A stretch of 64,000 bases of DNA from Candidatus Egerieisoma sp. (GTDB taxonomy: Bacteria; Bacillota; Clostridia; UBA1212; UBA1255): the NCBI GenBank assembly GCA_045580735.1, contig JAZNOJ010000053.1:9362-73361 (forward strand). The letters run 5' to 3'. The notes under the pieces are model-generated. The model did not search any database. It saw nothing but the letters and a program-made list of their open reading frames with translations, and was not told the origin of the DNA. The translations under genes and the position numbers were made by a program. This document shows, piece after piece, positions 23,645 to 33,801 of this stretch; position 1 is the first letter of the stretch, and every line of letters starts with the position of its first letter.

Positions 23645-26101
23645 TTATTCAGTTACTGTTTCATCCTCAGTTGTAGAGTCATCATCAGCTACTGTTTCGT
23701 CTTGTATAAATGTTTCACCATTTATTATATAAGATTCATTTGTAAGCTCATCATAGAATCTTATTAAATCATTGATTGTTAATGCTTCATCAGTAACAGT
23801 GCAATCTGTTAATGTAATAACAACATTCTCCATTGCTTCAATTGACATTATTGGATTAAATACGCAATTAACGAGCTCTGCACTACCATAAATTCTAAGC
23901 ATATTAAATTCAGGAACAGCATGCTCTTCGAAAACACAATTTTCCATGTAAACATTAACATCGGTTGCGAATGAAGTCCATCCAGAAATTACACAGTTCT
24001 TGAAAATAACATCACCTGAGCCTTCAAAGTGAGCTCCGTATATCTCGCCTTTGAAAACACAGCCATCAAATACAACTGTGTCTGATACTTCAGAACCATA
24101 TAATCCGTTTGTACCTTCGAATGTACAATCTACAAATTCACCTGAGCCTGAAATTACAGCAGATGTATCATCCTCGCTTTTAAATATTACATTTTCAACC
24201 TTTACATCCTCTTTAATAACCGGTTTATCTGAAATAACAGTATCACCGTTACCAACGATTGTTACTCCACTTGGAATTGAATCTCCAATTTCATAAGAAC
24301 CATTTTCAAGAATTATAGTATCACCTGCTGTAGAATTATCAATTACATCCTTTAATTGTTCTTGTGTTTCAACCTTTGTTGGAGTAAAATCATAAATTCT
24401 ACCATTAATAATTGCTGTTGAGCTAAATTCTTCAAATACAGCTACATCTAAAAGATTTGAAATATCACAGCCGTCAGAAACTACACAATTATCTAATTTA
24501 ACAGTTACATCATTATTTTGAACATCAATTACATAATCACAATCGAAAGTTGAATTTGATACTGTAGCATCATTATAGAATCTAAGCTGACTATAGAATT
24601 TACCAGCTTTAAATGTTGTATTATCAATAGAAACATCTAAGCCATTAGCAAATGATGACCATCCTGAAACAAGGCAATCATTAATTGCAACCTTACCATT
24701 ACCAAGGATATTTAAAGCATAAACAGCACCGATAAATGAACAGTTATTAAATGTTACTTCATCACTAACAGTTGCAGGTTTAACAGCTGATGCACCGTCA
24801 AATATACAATTATTGAATATAGCTGAACCATTAAAAGTTAAAGCTACTAAATTATCGTTTTCAAATTTAACTGTATCAAAAACAACATCTTTAAGATTAT
24901 TTAGGCTAAGACCTGTATTTTCATCAGCATTTACAATTACAGTACCTACTGTACCCATAATTGTAATTCCTTCAGGAAGCTCATTTGGAAGAGTGAATTT
25001 TCCTGAACCAAGATTAATAACATCTCCAACATTTGTATTGCTTAAAGCAGCATCAAAAGAATCCTGTGTTGTTATATATTCAACAGTTGGTTTTTCTTCT
25101 TCTTCATAAAAACCAGCAATTGTTCTTCTGATTACAACAACATCCTTTGTGTTGATTTCATTATCAGAATTATAATCAGCATATGCTAAATTCATATCGA
25201 GATCCTGCCAATTAGCAATATGTCTACGAATTAAGGCAACATCAGATGTAGTAAGAATACCATCCTCATTAACATCGCCTGCTTTTATTTCTAAATCTGA
25301 TACAACAACATATGCAGCATTATAAACACCTTCAACAGGAACAGCTGATACATTAATTATTACATCTTCTCCACAGAAAACATCAAATTCAAGGAATTTA
25401 ATTTCTCCATTATCTATTCCATTTTCTGATAATTTATAAACATTTGCACCAACAGTAGCTGTAATTTCTACTTCAGTTCCTTCCAAAGCATTTGAAACGT
25501 AAAGTCTAGCTGTTTTATCTTCGTTAGCTGTCCAAGAGTAAGTAACACCATCCTTATCTCCTTCGTCTAAATCAGTAGCTAAACTGTCAACATTAGAAAC
25601 ATTCATTGGATTAGAATCTGTGCCTTCTGGATAAGCAAATTTTAAATTAATCTTTGCATCGAAGCCTGAAAAGTTCAAAATCCAAAAAGTAATTGTCGCT
25701 TCTGAATCTAAAGCATCTATTGGGAAGAAATCTTTAACATAAACATCTTCCTGTGATGTACCGGCAATCTCAGAAATGACAGTATGAACATCAATTTCAG
25801 CTTTATCAAAATTAGTAATATATAAATCCATACCACCAATTTTACCTTCAAAATATGTCCATGAATTTGCAGGAAGTACAGTGTCAAAATTATAGCTTTC
25901 AATCTTTATAGGATTTGATTCTGTACCTAAAGTAGCATCTGTTACATCTTCAGTAGTTGTATCTTCTACTGCTCCATCATTGGCTGTTCCTGCTGTAACA
26001 GATTCATCTGCACCAGAAATTTCTTCGGCGCTAACAGGAACAACTGCTAACATCGTTACCATAATTGCTAATGCAATTAAAAGTGAAAGAATTTTTTTCA
26101 T
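23645..26101 (-). CDS. Secreted dockerin-containing protein with two tandem right-handed beta-helix (pectate-lyase/NosD-like) modules
   Basis: The signal peptide is MKKILSLLIALAIMVTMLAVVPVSAEE. An internal type-I dockerin duplicate (GDVNEDGILTTSDVALIRRHI ... DYNSDNEINTKDVVVIRRTIAG) lies at aa ~275-340. Two homologous ~220-aa modules with repeated N[CD][VI]F..G motifs occupy aa ~348-575 and ~580-800. Confidence 0.75.
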   Translation of the reverse strand: MKKILSLLIALAIMVTMLAVVPVSAEEISGADESVTAGTANDGAVEDTTTEDVTDATLGTESNPIKIESYNFDTVLPANSWTYFEGKIGGMDLYITNFDKAEIDVHTVISEIAGTSQEDVYVKDFFPIDALDSEATITFWILNFSGFDAKINLKFAYPEGTDSNPMNVSNVDSLATDLDEGDKDGVTYSWTANEDKTARLYVSNALEGTEVEITATVGANVYKLSENGIDNGEIKFLEFDVFCGEDVIINVSAVPVEGVYNAAYVVVSDLEIKAGDVNEDGILTTSDVALIRRHIANWQDLDMNLAYADYNSDNEINTKDVVVIRRTIAGFYEEEEKPTVEYITTQDSFDAALSNTNVGDVINLGSGKFTLPNELPEGITIMGTVGTVIVNADENTGLSLNNLKDVVFDTVKFENDNLVALTFNGSAIFNNCIFDGASAVKPATVSDEVTFNNCSFIGAVYALNILGNGKVAINDCLVSGWSSFANGLDVSIDNTTFKAGKFYSQLRFYNDATVSNSTFDCDYVIDVQNNDVTVKLDNCVVSDGCDISNLLDVAVFEEFSSTAIINGRIYDFTPTKVETQEQLKDVIDNSTAGDTIILENGSYEIGDSIPSGVTIVGNGDTVISDKPVIKEDVKVENVIFKSEDDTSAVISGSGEFVDCTFEGTNGLYGSEVSDTVVFDGCVFKGEIYGAHFEGSGDVIFKNCVISGWTSFATDVNVYMENCVFEEHAVPEFNMLRIYGSAELVNCVFNPIMSIEAMENVVITLTDCTVTDEALTINDLIRFYDELTNESYIINGETFIQDETVADDDSTTEDETVTE

Positions 26102-26319
26102 TTTCTAACCTCCAAATTTTCTGTTTTTGTATAAAAACACCATGTAATTATATTATTGCATTTTTCTGTTTGCAATATATAAATACATATAATTACAATA
26201 TAAATTTATTCATTAATAAAACATTAATTATTTGTTCATATTTCAAGAGCGGAAAAAATGAAAATGAAAAAATTTTATTAGTTTTTAATAGTAAGATATC
26301 GATATTTTAGAAAAATATA

Positions 26320-27213
26320 TTAAGAAAAAACATTTCCAACCATCATAAGAGATAGTAATCCTATAGCAAAACCTATAAGCTGAGGAATTTTGAATTTTTC
26401 TTTAAATAAGACAAGTCCTACCAAGCCTGACAGGAATATTGCACCACCATTTACAATCGGGAAGAATATTGCAGCAGGTAATTGACCTGAAAGATTTAAA
26501 TTAATTACATGCATTGTTACTGTAAAGCAGCCTGTGATCGATGCAAGTCCAATCTTTTTAAATTTCCAATCTGCAAATGCAACCTTAAGCTTTGTTTTCT
26601 TATGAGTTTTTATAAATAACTCAATTAATATTAATATTGCAGATGTAATAAAAGCAATACACAAAAATGCATATTTTTCTTCGCTGCAGTAAGAACGTCT
26701 TTGGTATTTTTGCATAATACCAATAAGACCTGAAAGCACAAAAATTGCCCCACAGCATACAATCCATTTTCCTGTTACCTTTCCAGTATCATTTTTTGAA
26801 AGAACAAGATAAATTGCAATAATCATTAAGACAATTCCAATAATCTGAATAACATTTATATCTTCATCCCATAGAATTACGCTATAAATTGTAGGTATTA
26901 GCATACCACAGCTTGATACGAGAACAGTAAATGACATTGGACCTGATTGAAAGGCTGTAGTCTTTACTAAAAAGGTTGCGCTATTTATAACGCCAAAAAT
27001 AACACCTAAAAATATAGTATAGGGAGAAATTTTATCTAAAGTAAGACAAAACGGGATTAAAACAATTGCGCTGCTTAATGACAAAAAGAGATTAAAAATA
27101 TAATTATCTGCAGGACCTACTAACTGTTTTTTTGCAAATTTATTATTAAACGAGCTTGCGGCAACATTTACAAAAACCGAAATAAGCATCAATACATATT
27201 CCATAATCAACAT
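26320..27213 (-). CDS. EamA/DMT-family membrane transporter (putative)
   Basis: 297 aa with about 10 predicted TM helices in two repeated halves. Confidence 0.5.
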   Translation of the reverse strand: MLIMEYVLMLISVFVNVAASSFNNKFAKKQLVGPADNYIFNLFLSLSSAIVLIPFCLTLDKISPYTIFLGVIFGVINSATFLVKTTAFQSGPMSFTVLVSSCGMLIPTIYSVILWDEDINVIQIIGIVLMIIAIYLVLSKNDTGKVTGKWIVCCGAIFVLSGLIGIMQKYQRRSYCSEEKYAFLCIAFITSAILILIELFIKTHKKTKLKVAFADWKFKKIGLASITGCFTVTMHVINLNLSGQLPAAIFFPIVNGGAIFLSGLVGLVLFKEKFKIPQLIGFAIGLLSLMMVGNVFS

Positions 27214-27285
27214 CCAATCTCAATAAAATAATCATTTCAAACTCATGAATATTAGCATATATTATTAAAATTTACAAGATAAAAT

Positions 27286-27741
27286 TCATGAATGTTTTTG
27301 TAAATAATTTGTAATTTGTCTGATAGTTTTACTCAATGCTGTACCTATAATAATACCAACTGCAAGTGAGGCGGCGTATTGCAGGGTTGCTGTTCCCTTT
27401 TGAAAAAACATATTCATATCCTTTTCAAGTACATATTCCATTGTATAATATAAAGAGCTTCCGGGGATTAAAGGAATCAGGCTTGTTATTGTAAAAACAC
27501 TCGCAGGAGTTTTTAAAAATACAGCCATAGCTTCAGAATATAATGTTATTAATGCTGCTACAATTATATATCTTGTTGGCTCGCCTTCAATAAAAATTCC
27601 GAGTAAAAGAAAAATAAGCCATGATATAAAGCCACCTATTGCAGTAAATAATAATTTTTTCCCTCTAATATTAAATAAAATACCAAAACCAATTGCTCCT
27701 AAGCAGCCTGTAATAACCTGAGAAATTTCAAATAAAGTCAT
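27286..27741 (-). CDS. Threonine/serine exporter family protein, ThrE C-terminal-like half (YjjB/DUF3815)
   Basis: 151 aa with 4-5 TM helices. Its start overlaps the stop of the upstream DUF1212-type partner by 4 nt. Confidence 0.7.
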   Translation of the reverse strand: MTLFEISQVITGCLGAIGFGILFNIRGKKLLFTAIGGFISWLIFLLLGIFIEGEPTRYIIVAALITLYSEAMAVFLKTPASVFTITSLIPLIPGSSLYYTMEYVLEKDMNMFFQKGTATLQYAASLAVGIIIGTALSKTIRQITNYLQKHS

Positions 27742-28490
27742 GCTAAACCTCCAAAAAAGAGAGCACCTGTTAAAAAGCCTGCAGCTATAGCTAAGGCTGA
27801 GGTTACGGCTTCAATAACGCGCACAGTACCTGCAATATTATGACCTGTAAGTAAATCTCTAATTGCATTAGTTAATGCAACAGCAGGAATCAACACCATT
27901 ATATTTCCAATCATAACCATGTCAACTTTTTCAATGACTCCAATTATTACAAATAAATAAGAAAAGACTGTAGCAATTAATGAGCAGAAAAATTTTGAAA
28001 AAATTCTTATCATATTAATTTTTTCAATAAACTTTACAACAAATCTACCAATAACACCTATAAATAAAGAAACTATTGCTTCGGTAATATTGCCGCCAAA
28101 AAAAATTGTAAAACCACCAGTAATCATTGCATATGCTAGACATTCTATTGGAAAAGAATATTTTTTACATTTTTTGATATTTTCCAATTCAATTTTAATT
28201 TCTTCTTCAGATAAATTATATGAGCATATTTTTCTTGATAAATTATTTAATAAATGAAGCTTTTCAATATTCGTATCTGCTGTTAATATTCTTCTGGTTT
28301 GTGTATATGTTTCACCATTGTCGTCATATAATGTAACAACCATACTTGAGGTTGTGGTAAAAACATCAGTACGCTTTACATTTTTAGAATTACACATTCT
28401 CCAAATACTGTCTTCAACTCTGTGAATTTCAGCACCACTAATTATCATTTCTTCACCTATATCCATTACAATTTGAAGCAAATTTTTCAA
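27738..28490 (-). CDS. Threonine/serine exporter family protein, ThrE N-terminal-like half (YjjP/DUF1212)
   Basis: The N-terminus LQIVMDIGEEMIISGAEIHRVEDSI is typical of DUF1212. Length is 250 aa. Confidence 0.75.
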   Translation of the reverse strand: MKNLLQIVMDIGEEMIISGAEIHRVEDSIWRMCNSKNVKRTDVFTTTSSMVVTLYDDNGETYTQTRRILTADTNIEKLHLLNNLSRKICSYNLSEEEIKIELENIKKCKKYSFPIECLAYAMITGGFTIFFGGNITEAIVSLFIGVIGRFVVKFIEKINMIRIFSKFFCSLIATVFSYLFVIIGVIEKVDMVMIGNIMVLIPAVALTNAIRDLLTGHNIAGTVRVIEAVTSALAIAAGFLTGALFFGGLA

Positions 28491-28544
28491 AGAATAACAT
28501 CTCCAGAATATTTTTTTTGATTATAGCATATGTGGTAAAAAAGT

Positions 28545-28570
28545 AAATAGTAGTGCCCTGTGAGTTTTTC
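28545..28570 (-). terminator. GC-rich hairpin terminator between the thrE-like operon and the rpiB-like gene
   Basis: CCCTGTGA (gtttt) TCACAGGG stem, with T-runs on both sides (plus-strand tttttt at 28575-28580). Confidence 0.5.
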
Positions 28571-28596
28571 ACAGGGCAGCATTTTTTAAAAATTTT

Positions 28597-29166
28597 TTAT
28601 TCAGGTTTTCTTTCAAGCTTTAAAGGATAATCACCTAAATGTTTAACCTTGAAACCATTAGCTTTATACTCTTCATAATCAAAAGCATCTAATTCGTCAA
28701 TAGCAAGCTTATGGAATTCGTAGAAATTGTGCCACCATTCATACCCGCTACCGAGCTCTGTGCCAAGATATGCTTCAACAATATCAATTGCCATAGCAGG
28801 AGCAACATAAAAAGCACCCATAGCAAGAACGTTTACGCCATTACCTGTAATAGCACGTAGAGCAGCCGGAACACTCTCTACTACACCAGCATGAACACCC
28901 GGACATTTGCTTGCAGCAATGTGGATACCCATTCCTGTTCCGCAGAAAATAAGAGCACGCTCAAATTCCTTTTCCGCAATCATAGAGCCAACTCTTAGTC
29001 CAACGCGGTGGAACATTAAATCAGTATCTGTATCTTCAGGTGAACGAACACCTACATCTGTTACTTCCCAGCCTTTACTCTTTAAATGAGCTACGACATG
29101 CTCTTTAAGAGGGAAACCGGCAAAATCAGCACCTACAAGAATTTGTTTGTTTTTAATTGTTTTCAT
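28597..29166 (-). CDS. RpiB/LacA/LacB-family sugar-phosphate isomerase
   Basis: MKTIKNKQILVGADFAGFPLKEHVVAHLKSKGWEVTDVG with a FCGTGMG core. At 189 aa it is longer than canonical RpiB. Confidence 0.7.
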   Translation of the reverse strand: MKTIKNKQILVGADFAGFPLKEHVVAHLKSKGWEVTDVGVRSPEDTDTDLMFHRVGLRVGSMIAEKEFERALIFCGTGMGIHIAASKCPGVHAGVVESVPAALRAITGNGVNVLAMGAFYVAPAMAIDIVEAYLGTELGSGYEWWHNFYEFHKLAIDELDAFDYEEYKANGFKVKHLGDYPLKLERKPE

Positions 29167-29203
29167 AATATCTTCCTTTCAAATTGATATATTTTAACAA
29201 AAA

Positions 29204-30667
29204 TTAATCAAGAAAAAAGTTTTTTAGATTTTCAAAGCCCTTGTGATAACGTTCGAACTTTCTATTATAAAATTCTACAGCATTTGGGTTAGGCTTTAAA
29301 ACCTTGCTATAGCATACCATTTTTTCGGCAGCTTCTAAATAATCATTAAAATAACCATATCCGGTAGCAGCAAGCATACAAGCACCTATACAGCAGGTAT
29401 CTTTTTCAGCCGGAATGTGAAGCTCACAGCCTGTAACATCACATGTAATTTGGCTCCAAAGCTCACTTTTTGCAGCACCGCCAACCATTTTTAATTGATG
29501 TATATCAGTACCATTAGCTGCAAATTCGGCTAGTGATTCTCTAGTTTCAAATGCGATACCTTCCATCAAAGCTCTAGCAAGATCATATTTATCATGCATG
29601 AGCTCTAAGCCTATACAGCATGCTTTAATTTCCGGAACATGATGAGGAAATCCCGAGCCTGCAAAATATGGATAAAAGAAAATATTTTCTGCAGATTCCA
29701 TTCTATCCTCTGCTCTTGCATCAATAATGGGAAATTCTTCATTAACAACCTGCTTATACCATTTAAGTGCAGAACCAGCACTATTTAACGAAGTAATATT
29801 TCCGTAAAGGCCTTTAACAGGATGAACACCAGGTGCTATATGTGATTTAGTAAACAATGGCTTATCAGATACACCTAATATTACCCATGTTGTACCTGTT
29901 GATAAAAGCATTTCTCCAGGCTTTACAGCTCCGCAGCCTAAGGAAGCGCAATACTGATCGTGTGCACCATTATAAACCTTAACTGTTTCCGGTAAATTTA
30001 ATTCCTTTGAAGCTTCCTTTGTCAATGTACCAACGAATGCTCCTGTAGGAAGCATTTCAGGTAATCTTTCCTTTGTAAGACCGGCAGCTTCAATTAATGT
30101 ATCATCCCAATCTGCTGTTTCAACATTTATAAGCTGTCTCATTGCAGCATTAGAAGGATCAGTTACATTTTTTCCGGTTAATTTATAATTTACATATTCA
30201 ACTGTAGAAACAAAGCTATAGGCATTGTTAAAGCTGTCAGGATCATGCTTTTTCATCCATAACATTCTTGCAGGGTCAAAGCAAGCTGAGCATCTCCAAC
30301 CTGATCTTTCATATATTTCTTCGCCGTATTTAGCCTTCAAAGCAGCAGTTTCATCGACAGCTCTTTCATCCATCCATGTATAAGCAAGGCATAAGGGATT
30401 AAAGTTTTCATCTACAGGAAGGATAGTACCTCCTTGTGTAGATAAGGACATTGCAACAATATCATTTTTATTTGATATTGATTTAACAGCTTCATTAACT
30501 GAAAATACAACAGCCTTCCACCAGTCTTCAGCATTTTGCTCAACAACTCCGCCTTTGCCAGCAATGAGCTCATATTCTTGATAACCCTTACCACAAATCT
30601 TACCTTTTTCATCAACAATTATAGTTTTTGTACCTGTAGTACCAACATCTGTTCCAACGAAATACAT
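29204..30667 (-). CDS. FGGY-family carbohydrate kinase
   Basis: N-terminus MYFVGTDVGTTGTKTIIVDEKGK, 487 aa, with a GGAAKS-like C-terminal motif (MVGGAAKSELW). Confidence 0.85.
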   Translation of the reverse strand: MYFVGTDVGTTGTKTIIVDEKGKICGKGYQEYELIAGKGGVVEQNAEDWWKAVVFSVNEAVKSISNKNDIVAMSLSTQGGTILPVDENFNPLCLAYTWMDERAVDETAALKAKYGEEIYERSGWRCSACFDPARMLWMKKHDPDSFNNAYSFVSTVEYVNYKLTGKNVTDPSNAAMRQLINVETADWDDTLIEAAGLTKERLPEMLPTGAFVGTLTKEASKELNLPETVKVYNGAHDQYCASLGCGAVKPGEMLLSTGTTWVILGVSDKPLFTKSHIAPGVHPVKGLYGNITSLNSAGSALKWYKQVVNEEFPIIDARAEDRMESAENIFFYPYFAGSGFPHHVPEIKACCIGLELMHDKYDLARALMEGIAFETRESLAEFAANGTDIHQLKMVGGAAKSELWSQITCDVTGCELHIPAEKDTCCIGACMLAATGYGYFNDYLEAAEKMVCYSKVLKPNPNAVEFYNRKFERYHKGFENLKNFFLD

Positions 30668-30744
30668 TTTATCCTCCGAAAATATAAAACACTAAGCTTC
30701 CATATGAAAATTTCCATATAGAAGCTTAAAGAATAACAAATTAA

Positions 30745-32151
30745 TTAAATTTTATAAACCTTCATATTTAAGAGCTTACCGAAATACATCATTTGCTCTG
30801 GAGTAACATCATATACTAATAAGCTATGATGTGTAGCACCATATTCACTAAGCTTTTTAAGGAAATCTTTTACAGGAATAGATGGCTTCATCCAACCTCT
30901 AATAGTTCTCTTATATTGATCATAGTCATCCTCAAAATTAAGCATTTCAACATCAGTTGCTAAAAGACAGAAGCCTTCAGCATCACGGAAAATATTAATA
31001 TAAACAGCTTTTCCTGCTTTATATCTTGAATATCCCGCCATTGGAAGCACTGAATCAACATAATTAGAACCTCTTAAACGAATTTCAGGCTTATATTGTG
31101 CAACCTTGTAATTCATTTCGCCCATATGGCTCAAGAATAAAATATCATTTTTCCAATCAGGACAGAAAATTTCAACGAATGAAGCTTCACCAAAGGCTCT
31201 AATTAATGCTCCGCAGAAAACCGCATCTAATGCATCACCTTCACCAGCATAACCAATTCCTCTAGTCATAGCTTTACAAGCCTCGATAAAAGGCATTGTA
31301 TCTATTCCATATGCTGGGCAAGCTTTTAAGAAGTTCATTGAAAAAGCATTAAGATTTTCTTTTTCAATCCATTTTCTCATAGCAATACATGCTCTAATAT
31401 TTAATCTATATACTTCATCGTCAATTTCAATTGGGAAATCAAAATATTCTTCATTAGCCTTAATTTCTGCTTCAATTTCTTCATCTGTTACTGATTGGGT
31501 AATTTGACGCATTTCATCGCTCTTTGATTCAATAAACTCAACGCCAAAATTTTCCATCATTTCTTCTGGTGTAACGATAAAATCTCCCATTCCGGCAAAG
31601 GAACCACCAAATACACCAACCTTAGAGCCTTTCGCAGAATTAGCAGCCATGGCAGCTTTTACATATTTAACAGTTTCATCTACGACATTAGACTCTTTAT
31701 AATGGCCACATGTAATAGCATATTCCTTTCTGCCTCTCTTTAGTAGATTACAAAAATCCATTACACCATGAATACCGTGGTTGTAATCTAATTCATCATT
31801 TATTGTTTGTGGTGTAAATTCGTAAGTCATTGTAGTATCCATTACAACAATTGGAAGCTTTGTATTAATCAATGCTTCAGCTGATTCAAGTGATGGAGAA
31901 TATGCCATATGTAATGTTACAATACAATCTGCATTTTCATTTTCGTAATTTTCTACAGCATTTTTAAATTCGTTTGCAAGTCTGCAAAATGGTGTTCTAA
32001 TAACCTCGAGTCCTTTGCTCTCTAAAATGTCAGCCATTTCATCATAAAAGGCTTCTAATCTAGGTCTTAATTCACCACAGCTGTCATCATATAGCTTAAT
32101 GTAAAGCGGTAAAAATCCTATTTTAATTTTTTTCATAATAAATTCCTCCAA
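30745..32151 (-). CDS. L-arabinose/L-fucose isomerase-family sugar isomerase (putative)
   Basis: 468 aa. The N-terminal KIKIGFLPLYIKLYDD and the overall size resemble the AraA/FucI superfamily. Membership is inferred, not certain. Confidence 0.45.
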   Translation of the reverse strand: MEEFIMKKIKIGFLPLYIKLYDDSCGELRPRLEAFYDEMADILESKGLEVIRTPFCRLANEFKNAVENYENENADCIVTLHMAYSPSLESAEALINTKLPIVVMDTTMTYEFTPQTINDELDYNHGIHGVMDFCNLLKRGRKEYAITCGHYKESNVVDETVKYVKAAMAANSAKGSKVGVFGGSFAGMGDFIVTPEEMMENFGVEFIESKSDEMRQITQSVTDEEIEAEIKANEEYFDFPIEIDDEVYRLNIRACIAMRKWIEKENLNAFSMNFLKACPAYGIDTMPFIEACKAMTRGIGYAGEGDALDAVFCGALIRAFGEASFVEIFCPDWKNDILFLSHMGEMNYKVAQYKPEIRLRGSNYVDSVLPMAGYSRYKAGKAVYINIFRDAEGFCLLATDVEMLNFEDDYDQYKRTIRGWMKPSIPVKDFLKKLSEYGATHHSLLVYDVTPEQMMYFGKLLNMKVYKI

Positions 32152-32154
32152 TAA

Positions 32155-33177
32155 TTATATATTTATGTTAAATAATTCTGCAGCATTATTGCACAGAATA
32201 TCACTAATATTCTCTTTTGTTAATTTTAATTCATTTGCAGCTCTTTTAAAAGCAAGCAATTCTTCATACATAAAGCATGTTATTTCTTTTTTATCTGTTT
32301 CAACCATATGGATATCCCCGGAAACATCTCCATATAAGCCTCTTGGAACATTATTATAATATATTCCATTTTTAAATGTCCTAAACATTCTCATCTTTAC
32401 TATCGGAAGATCCGAACCGAACATTAATCTTTTTGGTCCTACAGCCTCAATACATTTTATCATAGCGTTATCATATGTATTAGCTGTAAAATCAAACATC
32501 ATATTTTTTGTGTTTTTAAGTATTTCAAAAGCATTTCCTAAATCCTCAGGTGTATATGCTCTTCCAATATGAGCTACTATTAGCTTAATATTAGGATATT
32601 TTTCTTCGATTTCTAATAATTGAGCTATATTAAGCGGATCATTAAGTCTTCCGGGTCTTGATATATGAAGCATTATAATCCAGCCTTTTTTATTTGCAAT
32701 TTCTAAATGCTCTTTCGTTAGAAAATCAAAAATTCGGATTTCTTTATTTGGTATATAATCCGGTGAGTTATTTAAGTAAGGCTTTAAGCCTAAAAAGCCC
32801 CCTTGTTCAACCTCTTTTTCTAAAAACTCAGCACTCATGGACCAATCAGTGCAATAAAGTGCAGGTAAATTATACTCTTTTGATGCAGCTTGTGTATATT
32901 TATTTGTTTTATCAAGATCGCATTGCGGCTCACCTAATAAAACAGGCTTTACAAGCTTACTCGGAAACATGTCCTTATATGTTTGTAATAAATCTTCAAT
33001 GGTATTATCCTTAGCAACCATTCCTGTCCAAGATACACAGCCTCTTATGCCAACCTTTTTGTCAAATTCTTCTTTCCATATGTGAGTATGACAATCTATT
33101 ATTTTAGATGGCAGAAAGTCTTCTAATTCGTCTTTATATACCATTATATCGTAATCTGATGGTTTATATCCAAACAT
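32155..33177 (-). CDS. Amidohydrolase-2 family TIM-barrel metal-dependent hydrolase
   Basis: IIDCHTHIW metal-binding start and ...HIGRAY..., 340 aa. Confidence 0.6.
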   Translation of the reverse strand: MFGYKPSDYDIMVYKDELEDFLPSKIIDCHTHIWKEEFDKKVGIRGCVSWTGMVAKDNTIEDLLQTYKDMFPSKLVKPVLLGEPQCDLDKTNKYTQAASKEYNLPALYCTDWSMSAEFLEKEVEQGGFLGLKPYLNNSPDYIPNKEIRIFDFLTKEHLEIANKKGWIIMLHISRPGRLNDPLNIAQLLEIEEKYPNIKLIVAHIGRAYTPEDLGNAFEILKNTKNMMFDFTANTYDNAMIKCIEAVGPKRLMFGSDLPIVKMRMFRTFKNGIYYNNVPRGLYGDVSGDIHMVETDKKEITCFMYEELLAFKRAANELKLTKENISDILCNNAAELFNINI

Positions 33178-33304
33178 ACATTACCTCGTTGAAATTTATA
33201 TTATAAATTTTATAGTTAAACAAAAATAAAATATTTAACTATAGTAAGCGGAAAACATTTATTACTAAAAAAAGCAACAAATATCTTCCGCATCAAATTA
33301 TAAA

Positions 33305-33799
33305 TTATTCACCTATGATCATTACCTGAACAGTACGGCTTCTTGCTCTTGTTTGGTCAAAATCAATGAAATGAATATGACCGAATTCGCCTAAATCGAG
33401 CTCTCCATCGATTAATACGATTGTTTCACTTCTGCCAATGATTGACGAACGAAGATGTGCATCTGTATTATGACAGCCTCTTGCATCCTCATCATGCTCT
33501 TCAGCAAATTTTAAAGCCTTTGGTCCCGGATGTAAATACATACCCTCATGCTTGCATACAGGAATGATATCATCCATTATGTTTACTAAATCCTGCTGTA
33601 ATGTCTCAAGTCCTGTAATTGATTCATCAAAAGCACATTCCTGAGTGATTACACAGCAAGTTGTATGATGAGAATAAACTACACAAATACCATTCTTTAA
33701 GCCAGAACGCTTTGTGATTGCCTTTACTTCATCTGTTACATCGTGGAAAGTACATATCTTATCATTAGATTGTAGCTTAATCGCTTCTCTATAAATCAT
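33305..33799 (-). CDS. YjbQ/UPF0047 family protein, paralog A
   Basis: It aligns to E. coli YjbQ, with a core SHHTTCCV and the segment HPGP...HLRSSIIGRSETIVLIDGELDLGEFGHI. Length is 164 aa. Confidence 0.75.
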   Translation of the reverse strand: MIYREAIKLQSNDKICTFHDVTDEVKAITKRSGLKNGICVVYSHHTTCCVITQECAFDESITGLETLQQDLVNIMDDIIPVCKHEGMYLHPGPKALKFAEEHDEDARGCHNTDAHLRSSIIGRSETIVLIDGELDLGEFGHIHFIDFDQTRARSRTVQVMIIGE

Positions 33800-33801
33800 A
33801 A

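Noticed and set aside
27286-28490. Split ThrE-family exporter as a pseudogene or frameshift of a single gene
   Set aside because: The two-gene DUF1212 + DUF3815 arrangement with a 4-nt overlap is the normal bipartite form of this family in Firmicutes. It is not a disrupted fusion.
33178-33304. GCGGAA...TTCCGC inverted repeat between the amidohydrolase and YjbQ genes
   Set aside because: The ~30-nt loop makes a stable hairpin unlikely. It is probably just an AT-rich intergenic promoter region.
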